Below, in pieces: positions 9,340 through 18,139 of a stretch of 18,139 nucleotides of DNA. This stretch comes from Azolla caroliniana (lineage: Eukaryota > Plantae > Polypodiophyta). The stretch is from contig JBHGNT010000664.1 of NCBI GenBank assembly GCA_043228905.1, positions 1 through 18,139 on the forward strand, in the 5' to 3' direction. The notes under the pieces are model-generated. The model saw only the letters and a program-made list of their open reading frames with translations. It did not search any database and was not told where the DNA came from. Made by a program: the position numbers and the translations under genes. The number at the start of each line of letters is the position of its first letter. The stretch's first letter is position 1.

Positions 9340-11750
9340 AATTATATGCAAACTTCCATTGAAAGTTTTTACCAAACCATTAACACTGTGGATGATATGG
9401 ACTAGCTCTTTTATGTGAAATTTCGAAATGATTGATCAAAATTTTAACAAAGTTTCATCTAAATTCGATCTCTTTACTTCTTGCACTATGTGTATCTCGT
9501 GCTTTAGGCCAATGAGAAACATATTCTGTTGCTGACATAATATATATTTTGCCACTATTAGAGGTAGGTAATGGCCCAATGATATCTAAACCCCACTTAG
9601 AAAATATCTTGTAGCTAACAATCCTTTGTGGAGGTTCAGGCATCAATCTGCTTTGTTAATATGATTGATACTCATGACATGACCTACACCAATAAACCAT
9701 GTTACTTATGGCCATGTTACTTGTGCTTGCGCGATCTTCCTTTTTGTATATTCTACCCCAAGATGACCGTGACATCATTCCTCATGACATGTAGACAAGC
9801 ATTCTTGAATTTCATCATGTCACACTATGCATTTTAAGTATTACATCTATATCTTTCTAATGAAGATCATCTTGTATTATACATACCTTTGTGCTTGACG
9901 TGTCACTGCAATTTTTCTATGATATGGGAGATCTTTTCTTGCCCTTCCTATCCTTAAAACATACTCTTCTTCTTCTAGGCTCTCATGACCTTTACAACAT
10001 TTACAACATGCACATCCACTTCCCATGCTATTATCTTACTTTCCAGCTTGTGAGATCTCACATTCTGACTTCTTGGATTATGCCAAAATTGACACTGTCA
10101 TTGTAGCAGTTGTTGAAGACGGGGATGAAGGCTATCCTTTTGTACTTTTCACATTCCTTGCACTTGTCACATGATCAACAATAAATCCCCATTCACCACC
10201 ATGTTTTGAACTCCTTTTTGTAAGCACACTCGTAAAGAATCAATTAAATTAAGATACTCAGCCTCATTGAGAGTCATACGTACCATACGTGCATTCACAT
10301 TCGAGAATGTTTCAATCATTTGGTAAACACCCTTGAACTACGGTAAATGTCATACTTTTGCATTCATTATTTATTATAAGGCAAAAGAAAATTTTAAGGT
10401 ACAAAGTGTAAAAAAAAACATAAGAATGTTTTGATAACATACACATTCGTATGAAAAAGAATGTTTGCCAATGCATTCGAGTATATTACGTGCTATGATT
10501 GAGACTATTTGCTTCAATATGACCATTTCCACTCCATAATTCATGACATTCTCTATCCATAAAAACATATGCAACTCCTGCTAACTTTGTTTTTGGTTTA
10601 AAGGAGCCATAAAAATATAACACCCCTTCTATATCCTTTAGCATTATCTCAAATTCATTATTTGGATTAACTTGAGCATCTATCTGTTTCTCATTTTTTG
10701 TGGGCAAAGGCTCTTTATATGTAATCACGTCTACCATCTTAGGCCTAGTGGTTTCCTCCGTATGAAAACATACTTCAAAGCCTTGAATAATCACCATCCA
10801 TCGTTTCACATGTGCACTATCTCCCATAAATCTTAACATACGAGGGAGTAAGGTACATGAAGTTAATACTATCATAGTTCTCCCTAATAAATATGACTTC
10901 CATCATTGAATGGAAAAAAACCAAGGCCCATACAAGTTTTTCTTCTTTAGTCCAAACCTTTTCTACGATTGACATCTTCTGACGAATATAATATATCAGC
11001 ATCATATATGCTTGTTTGACATCTTATTTCACTTAATATATCGCACTTACAACGTCAACACCAACACTCAAACTAGCATAGAATGGTTGATCCCAATTAG
11101 GTGGTGCATCAAAATAGGTGGAGTACTTTAAAATTTACCTTGCACTTCCTCAAAGGCATGTTATTGTGTTTTTCCCCGCATAAATGGATTCATCATTGAA
11201 GCCCTCTGTAGTGGTTGAATGTACTTTGCTAACATTTGAAATGAATGGGAGAGATATCATACCTTTCGTATAAAGCTCATTAGTTGTTCTGTGGAAGTTG
11301 GAGCATCCATCAATAGTAGAGTTCAAACTCTATCTTTTTCTTCTTCCTAACTATCATCTGGAAGATGAAGTAATTGTCTTGTTATCATATCACATTTCAC
11401 TCTTTCATGATGAGCTCTATCAACAGTAATTGTAATTCCCTACGATGCCGGTCTTGCCTTACTCTCATACCCCTTAACCATGGTCTTCCAAGTATAAATG
11501 GATAGACATTTGATCTTGCAGACATGACGTTAAAATCCACCTAGACTTGTTGCCTTGATACATACAATTCTACTTGTTCTGCTACACCCACACATCACAC
11601 TATTGCATTATTTGCTAGATTCATAGGATAAGAATGCTTTCTATTAATATTTAGTCGCAATCTTCTTGCCGTATCCTTTGTTATGACACATACTAGTGCA
11701 ATGTCATCTACATATGCTAGAGCCACTACTTTCCCTTGACGCCAAACTTC
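9340..11750 (-). mobile_element. Decayed Ty3/gypsy (Tat-like) pol: protease - (RT core mostly missing) - RNase H - additional RNase H - integrase
   Basis: Protease AYVDDIALVCVI...YPFILGRPWL (11744-11474). Connection region APPNWDQPFY (~11110-11075). RNase H EEKLVWALVF and VKRWMVIIQGF. Second RNase H LYFYGSFK..AGVAYVF (~10625-10560). Integrase FSKWGLDIIGPLP (9646-9455) and SPYHPQ/NGLVKTFN (~9405-9350). Many stops and frameshifts; no LTRs found. Confidence 0.85.
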
Positions 11751-12216
11751 TAGGAATCGCAACAATTCCTTCTCATTATTATAACTTATTCGAGGGATCT
11801 CTTGAGCACATAATTTACCTAGATTAGTGGTTGTCCTACTTTTCTTGGAAACAGTGAGAGGTTACTTTAAAGCATCACTCCTAATTACAATTATGGCCTA
11901 AACCATTATGCCAACTACATAAAACCCACACTTCCACACACATTGTGTCATTATTTTGAAACAAAAAACGACAACACAATGATAATCAAGCAAGAACCAT
12001 CCATTGTATGATAATGCAACGATGCAAGTTTTGTCACAATTAGTATGCATTGTCATACAATGGATGGTTATTGCCAAAAAGTGATTAATACCACATATCA
12101 TGTAGTAGTGATGATGACCCTTCATCCTAGAAGCTGTAGGTAGCTAGAATACAAAGATTTAGATAGCATTTAGAAAATTCTAAGAAATCTATTCTATTTT
12201 CTTCTTTATTTTGTAG

Positions 12217-12444
12217 GTAAGGAGACTGTGAACGTGCAGATTGGACTTTCCAATGGCGATGATGTTACCTTCTACTACATTGCAAATGACAACCCCACCG
12301 ATGATAAGGATGAGGATGATGATGAGTCTCCAAGTCAACGAATAGACATGGCCGATGATAACGACGACGAGGCGAATGATCAAGAGTTGGGCAGTGTCAA
12401 CAATACCACTATGACTATCGAAAACTTGAAAATGAAAGAAACAG
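12217..12444 (+). CDS. Exon B'' (longer, acidic paralogue of exon B), 228 nt, phase 1-1; reads through to a stop at 12545 if unspliced
   Basis: T-rich tract + GTAG acceptor and CAG|GTATA donor. Open frame GKETVNVQIG...ANDNPTDDKDEDDDESPSQR...TIENLKMKETG. Flanks ~12140-12795 align with ~2405-3025. Confidence 0.6.
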
Positions 12445-12829
12445 GTATACAATTGTTAAAATTAATGCGGGGAGAATTTGTGGCTGCATTGTGTCATATA
12501 GGAAGATCAAGGCTGAGGACAATGAAGGGTCATCATGAATACTAGATGGTATGGTATTCATGATTGAATGAGGAGTGGTGAGGAGAGTATAGGGGTCACC
12601 ACATTGTAAAATAAAACACCACCACTTGATTACAAACAAGGAAAATAGTATAGATGGATGAAGGAGTAGAACTAATTGAAAAGCTCTAAAAATTATGACG
12701 TAAGAATTTGAAAGGGATATAGATGTAAGAATGTGATGGGGCAAAGGGTAATCATATGCAAGAAAATATATGAATAAGAAGAATGAGTTAACTGTCCATG
12801 GAACAAACAATGCAAGAGGAAGAGTTGAA

Positions 12830-13090
12830 GAACAAATGAATTCTTTGTGGTATAAATATGCTAGATAAAATTTAAGACAAACAAGAACTCTTTGCCATAA
12901 GATAAGCAAGAAGTCTTTTTGAATGGTCTTGTTTAATTTCGAGATATGCTCGAATGGAGGAACGGTGCAGAAAACATTTAGCACAATTATGGTTTCAAAT
13001 ATTGTCTCATGGAATGCACTAAAAAGAGGCTATAGAGACTATGGATATGCTGAGGAGGGGTTGTATTAGTTTTGAACAGATGCAACACAA
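12830..13090 (+). pseudogene. PLS-class PPR gene relic
   Basis: NIVSWNALKRGYRDYGYAEEGL.../FEQMQ (~12998-13086), WSCLISRYARM and NSLWYKYAR resemble PPR motif consensus. Stops and frameshifts are present. Confidence 0.65.
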
Positions 13091-13203
13091 TATATGTGTA
13101 TAGTTTCCTTTAATTTTAATACCAATGGAGGATATTTTTTATGGGAAAAAAAAGAAAACTAGAATATGGAATAAAGATTCCAAGGGGACAACCATAGAGA
13201 GAT

Positions 13204-13770
13204 TGTAACACCAGTTGACTTATGAATTATTACAAAACTGAGATTTCTTCTTTAGCAGCAGCCAATCTTCTAAGGATTATATCTACCTCATTAGAGTTTT
13301 GATTTGAGTCAAATAAAGTTCTATAGATTTGTCTTGCTGAGAAGAAATGAAAGACTCCCGAGTTAGCTACGAAATCTATTAGAGATATGATCTAAAGTAA
13401 GCATATGATAAGGATAAAAGATAGATAGATAGAAAGGAGAGAGAGAAAGAAGGGTCCCAATCCACCTGACCACCCCTGAGCGAAGGGATCGAGACGGACT
13501 CGAGCCTCGATCAGCGTCCCATACCATCGCCGTGGCGTTGAGTCGTACCTGGTGCTGGCGTGCTCGCTACAAGAGTTGACCCACGACGAAACCGAGTCTC
13601 GACGTAGTCAAGATATGATGAAATGAGGGTAGCTAGGCCTCTTATTTATAGCTATACCCAATGTCCCCAGGCAAGTTCACACTTGGCCTAATGGGTTGCC
13701 TCAATCTCGAGGATTAAAAATAATCCTCGCCTTCTTTACACTCTCGTTTAACCCTCACACTTATCCATGT
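13204..13770 (-). mobile_element. Probable main part of the chromovirus 3' LTR (its first ~30 nt lie at 17375-~17405), split by the nested element
   Basis: Minus-strand TATAAATA (13643-13650), a CpG-rich R-like region and (CT)/(CTAT) tracts. Candidate terminus TGTAACACC at 13204; the alternative is TGAAAG at 13348. Confidence 0.55.
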
Positions 13771-14579
13771 TGTTGTGCCTGCTAGATTGTTGCGTGAGTT
13801 GGGTGGGAACCATTGGGGTTTTGGACTAGGAGGAGGAAGAATTTGAGAGGAGTCTAGTTATGAATAGATTATTAGAAAGAGAGATAGAAACTTGTGAATC
13901 CCACAAGTATAGTTGTTTTAGTTTATCGTAATCGTAGTAATAAATTGAAATAGTTTAGAATAGATTAGAGTAGATTGAGAAAAGAGATCAAAACTTGTGA
14001 ATCCCACAAGTATTATATTTATGTAAGAATATGAATGTAGATTGAAAGAGAGAGATAGAAACCTCGTGAATCCCACGAATATAATTTATTAATTGGTGTT
14101 TCTAGAAATATATCCAATTTCCAAAGTTTTCACACATTTATTACATTGTGCTCCCCATCCTTATATAGTGATGAGAGAGTCTTGACAATCCATGCTTTTT
14201 CTCTAATTATGCCCTCCATGCTTTTTCTATCAATAGACTATATGCTTTCTCTAACATGCTTTTACTAAAGTCATGCGTTTTTTATCGACTATAGTGTTTA
14301 TAGACGCTAGATGTGCATGTGTAGCTTTTTCTTTTATCATGCGTTTTGCTAAAGTTTATCATAGCTTGAACTTACCTTTCTATGTGGGACATCTCTCTTT
14401 TAACAGTAATCATATATTAGTGTAATGGTAAGGTTTCACATTATTAACATGGAGGTAAGAGGTTCGAATCTTGCCCTATCCATGTAATATATATTATGAT
14501 ATTTCTTTCTTTTTCTTCATATTTATTCAATCGGTTATTTTATACGTTTTTCATGTAGTGTACGAAATACACTACAACA
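13771..14579 (-). repeat. 3' LTR, 809 bp
   Basis: TGTTGT...ACAACA termini and minus-strand TATATAAG at 14160-14167. Direct repeat of 16556-17370. Confidence 0.92.
14411..14482 (+). promoter_or_regulatory. tRNA-like Pol III A/B box cassette in the 3' LTR (second copy ~17202-17273)
   Basis: A box TAGTGTAATGG (14418) and B box GGTTCGAATCT (14461), starts 43 nt apart. Right LTR has TGGTGTAATGG (17209) and GGTTCAAATCT (17252). Confidence 0.65.
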
Positions 14580-14591
14580 CTTGCCCCCTCC
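14580..14591 (-). promoter_or_regulatory. Polypurine tract
   Basis: GGAGGGGGCAAG immediately before the TG of the 3' LTR. Confidence 0.85.
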
Positions 14592-15559
14592 GAACCCGCA
14601 CATCCTCCGGTATGTGCCGAAATTGTCAAAGCTTGTTATTCTCCATCCGTAATATCCTCCGTTTGTCCCGCTATGTCGAGTTTGTCTCTCCATTTTGAGC
14701 ACATCCATTTTTTCCACCCGAACCATTGTCGCCATCGGATCCACCATATTCTTTGTTGTCTCTCGTCATACAATCTCGTGTTAGTGTTTACGTTCTTCCC
14801 GTTAGAGCCTTCCTTCTTTGTTGAGATCTCATCGTTAGTAACACCCTTCAAATTCACTTGGCCCTTATCATCCATGGTAGTGTCTTTTCTTGGCCTCTTT
14901 CTTGTCTTCATCAACCTTGACTTTTTTCTGGATCAGTCTCATCCGATCGGCTTTTGGTTGGATCAGCTTCCGATCGGATTCGTATTTGGCCGAATCGGAC
15001 TCTGTTGATCGTTTTCAACTGAGTCGGCCCCCTTCCGGGCTGGGTTTAATCGATCAGTTTTAGTCTGCGTTAGCTTTCTTTTCCTCGTGTTCACTGGATT
15101 CAACCAGTTAAACCTCCGACTGAGTCAGATTAGCCTCTTTCCGGATTGTTCTCGTTCGATCGGCTTCCAGTTGGAACGATTTCTGTCCGGGTCGGGCTCG
15201 ATAGATCGAATTTCGACCAAATCCATTTCCTCTTGGTTCAACTTTCGTTTAGATCGGAATTTTTGATGGATCATCTTCCATCCGAACCGGCTTCCGACTT
15301 TACCTTCCTTGCCGCCATCTCTTGTCTCACGTTGGTTCTCGGATACAACCACCGAAGTCTCTGGAATTAGTGGGCCAGAATCCTCGGTATTACTGTCCTC
15401 CGTCGTTTCACCCATAGTCACCTTCTCGACTATCTCTCCGTCGTATGCATCGGCTTCGACCTTCGTTTTCTCTCCGCCACCTTCCGTCTCTTCGGTCTCA
15501 CGTTGCCTTTCGAACGCAACTGCTAAAATGTCTAGAATTATTGTTGGGAAAGTCTCGCC

Positions 15560-16517
15560 TCAGTCATCCGCCATTGACTTATTCATAGCCACCTCCGACT
15601 CGATGTCATCTTTCGTGGGTACCTCCTCAATCACGTCCGCCTCGCACTCTTTATCTCCCTTGATCATGCAAGCATCGATTATGCTTACCCCTTTTTCACT
15701 CGATGTTTCGGACACTTGTGTCCCAAAACCTTCTTCCACCCTTGAAGTAGCATTCGCCACTCTCAAGTCATCAACCTTATCCTTGGTCGTTGTTCTTTTG
15801 CAAGAAGAGAGGATAGCTTGTTCCACACGCTCTCCCATAGTACCATCATATTGTATTTCGGCCTTCATATCTGCCACATCATGCATTCTCAATTGATCAT
15901 CCCTCATGGACCATGTTGATGCCAACGAGATTCTCATCTTCCACTTATCATGTCTTTGGCATACTCTTTCGACTTCGGCCCAATCCTCAATGAGACCATT
16001 TGCAGCATAATTGTCTTCAAGTTGGATCCCGATGTCCATCCTTTCTTTCCGATCGATCGATCTTACGAACATTAGGACTTTATCCTCCCCCACCAATCTT
16101 TGTTCCCATTTTGAGCGTCGAGCAAAACGATGCTCGAACTCTAGGAATGCTTCTCTGATAAAACCCATTCGTCGAACTAGCGTCGATCTCGTCCCTTCGA
16201 TCTCTCGTAGTCATAAAGATTCTTCAAAGGAACCCCATGTCGGGTTTTGTTGCTGTATCTTGCAGATTTTTTTCTTGTAACTCATCCGTGGCTACCCGAT
16301 TGAAGGATATCACTTGCAATGCTTCTGGTATCCCACATTTCATCATCTCCGCCTTGTAGTCACGTAGATAGCGTGACACATCTTTTTCATTGAATTGTCC
16401 GTTTCGTTGTACGAGCCACTTTACTACCGTTGTGATCTCCGACATCGCTCGTTGTTCTTATAGCATCCGCTTGAACATTATCATCATCGTGTTCATCGCC
16501 TCTTGTTGATTCTCCAT
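15560..16517 (-). pseudogene. gag: Disrupted gag-like ORF
   Basis: MENQQ...NGQFNEKDVSRYLRDYKAEM...PTWGSFEE...FLEFEHRFARRS...GLIEDWAEV, directly after the PBS. There is a stop at 16458-16460, a frameshift at the A-run ~16267-16273 and a further stop at ~16210. Charged low-complexity ORF pieces continue to ~14640. Confidence 0.65.
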
Positions 16518-16533
16518 ATCCTTGCCACCTGTC

Positions 16534-16551
16534 TTCATGTCGAGTTCACCA
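16534..16551 (-). promoter_or_regulatory. Primer-binding site, tRNA-Trp
   Basis: TGGTGAACTCGACATGAA matches 16/18 to the complement of the plant cytosolic tRNA-Trp 3' end as I recall it (TGGTGAACCCGACGTGAA). It lies 4 nt from the LTR. Confidence 0.8.
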
Positions 16552-16555
16552 AGTG

Positions 16556-17370
16556 TGTCGTGCCTTTCGGCGCCGGATCGTACAAGTAGGAACCACTAGG
16601 GTTTTGGACTAGGAGGAGGAAGAATTTGAGACGAGTCTAGTTATGAATAGATTATTAAAAAGAGAGATAGAAACTTGTGAATCCTACAAGTATAGTTGTT
16701 TTAGTTTATTGTAATCGTAGTAATAAATTGAAATAGTTTAGAATAGATTAGAGTAAATTGAGAAAAGAGAACAAAACTTGTGAATCCCACAAGTATTATA
16801 TTAATCAATATTTATGTAAGAATATGAATGTAGATTGAAAGAAAGAGATATAGAAACCTCATGAATCCCACGAATATAATTTATTAATTGGTGTTTTTAG
16901 AAATATATCCAATTTCCAAAGTTTTCACACATTACATTGTGCTCCCCATCCTTATATAGTGATGAGAGAGTCTTGACAATCCATGCTTTTTCTCTAATTA
17001 TGCCCTCCATGCTTCTTCTATCAATAGACTATATGCTTTCTCTAACATGCTTTTTCTAAAGTCATGCGTTTTTTATCGACTATAGTGTTCATGCACGCTA
17101 GATGTGCATGTGTAGCTTTTTCTTTTATCATGCGTTTTCCTAAAGTTTATCCTAGCATGAACTTAGCTTTCTATGTGGGACATCTATTTTTTGATAGTAA
17201 TTATATGTTGGTGTAATGGTAAGGCTTCATATTATTAACATGGAGGTACAAGGTTCAAATCTTGCCCTATCCATGTAATATATATTATGATATTTCTTTC
17301 TTTTTCTTCATATTTATTCAATCTGTTATTTTATACATTTTTCACGTAGTGTACGAAATACATTACGACA
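16556..17370 (-). repeat. 5' LTR, 815 bp
   Basis: TGTCGT...ACGACA termini, followed on the minus strand by the PBS. Confidence 0.92.
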
Positions 17371-17397
17371 ACGTGTATAGAATACTACGCTAAATTC

Positions 17398-18138
17398 TCA
17401 CCACGTACTCCCCATCTTTAAAATATTGCATTCTTGTAACGGAAAGTTAGGGAAGCTAGTTTTGAGAGTATTTTTGTGTTGCCATGTGGCATCTTTTATT
17501 GATTTATCCATCCATTTTATTTTAAATTCTCGAATTTCTTTAGTACATAATTTTTTTGTTTTAACATCGAGAATTCTTTTTGGTACATGTGGTTTAGAAG
17601 ATAATTCTTCAGAAGTAACCAGAGTTTCAGTTATAATTGTATTGTTGCCAGAACCTAGAAGTTCTTTTAGACGATTCACATGAAAAACTAGATGAATTTC
17701 AACACCATCGGGAAGAACGAGACGATAGGTTGATGACCCAATGCGTTTGAGGACTGTAAAAGGTCCACAAAACCGTGGGGCTAACTTAGCGCACTTACCC
17801 TTAAACAATGTCTTAGAATTGTGAGGCACACGTAAAAATACCTTTTGTCCATGGTTGAATACACGAGGTTGCCTATGATGATCGGCATAAAAACGTGCTC
17901 TATCTTGAGCTGTTTTTATAATATCTCGTGCAATATGCAATATATCTTGCATATCCTGAAGAAAGTTTTGCGTACTTTGCAACTCATCATGATGTATATT
18001 AACATCAATCGGGGCTGATGGCTGAAAAACATACATCAACATAAAAGGATTATATCCCATCAATGTATGCTTGGAGCTATTATAAGCAAACTCCAAAATT
18101 GGGAGATAACGTTCCCATTTTGTTGGTTTTGTACCAAC
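17398..18138 (-). CDS. pol: Chromovirus (Ty3/gypsy) pol C-terminus: integrase end, GPF motif and chromodomain; 5'-truncated by the window
   Basis: WERYLPILEFAYN, KLAPRFCGPF, IHLVFHVNRLK, then the chromodomain PKRILD...EFKIKW...DATW. A PPT-like AAGATGGGGAG lies at ~17408-17418. Confidence 0.93.
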   Translation of the reverse strand, partial: VGTKPTKWERYLPILEFAYNSSKHTLMGYNPFMLMYVFQPSAPIDVNIHHDELQSTQNFLQDMQDILHIARDIIKTAQDRARFYADHHRQPRVFNHGQKVFLRVPHNSKTLFKGKCAKLAPRFCGPFTVLKRIGSSTYRLVLPDGVEIHLVFHVNRLKELLGSGNNTIITETLVTSEELSSKPHVPKRILDVKTKKLCTKEIREFKIKWMDKSIKDATWQHKNTLKTSFPNFPLQECNILKMGSTW

Positions 18139-18139
18139 G

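Larger units (their letters stand above)
13771..17370 (-). mobile_element. Complete 3600-bp non-autonomous gag-only LTR retrotransposon (TR-GAG-like)
   Basis: Two LTRs, PBS, PPT, a candidate 4-bp TSD ATGT (13767-13770) / ACGT (17371-17374), and a 1976-bp interior with gag-like coding only. Confidence 0.9.

Noticed and set aside
12415-12984. 189-aa hydrophobic minus-strand ORF
   Set aside because: It is antisense to purine-rich sequence, spans unrelated segments, and is not preserved in the paralogous 2620-3020 region.
13806-13812. TGGTTCC as a PBS next to each LTR
   Set aside because: It occurs in both LTR copies, and homology continues to AGGCAC(A/G)ACA, so it is internal to U5. The true PBS is 16534-16551.
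13878-14082. CRISPR-like spaced palindromic repeats
   Set aside because: Only three degenerate units with unequal, partly homologous spacers, inside a eukaryotic LTR, with no cas genes.
14411-14482. Functional tRNA gene
   Set aside because: The acceptor and anticodon stems do not pair convincingly; only the A/B boxes are retained.
15309-15896. 195-aa Ser-rich + strand ORF (also 14673-15008, 16011-16280, 17426-17683)
   Set aside because: These are antisense shadows of the minus-strand gag/pol coding sequence.

Overview
This is land-plant nuclear DNA. The evidence is TTTAGGG telo-boxes, plant-type introns, a PPR relic and a primer-binding site matching plant tRNA-Trp; a fern-like genome is my inference only. 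The left two-thirds (about 1900-12800) is a decaying tandem array of an unrecognised small + strand gene, which the ORF track cannot show because it only appears after splicing. It has an ATG micro-exon followed by symmetric phase-1 exons (A, B, A', B'') that are homologous to each other, so they may form one modular repeat protein. Interspersed are a copia-type solo LTR (with its empty site in the sister copy), a duplicated ~1.7 kb non-coding repeat, RT scraps and a Tat-like Ty3/gypsy relic with two RNase H domains. The right third is a nested insertion. A complete 3.6 kb gag-only LTR element (13771-17370, minus strand, tRNA-Trp PBS, tRNA-like Pol III A/B boxes in both LTRs) sits in the putative 3' LTR of a chromovirus whose integrase-chromodomain ORF runs off the window end. 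All calls come from reading by eye; no searches were run.
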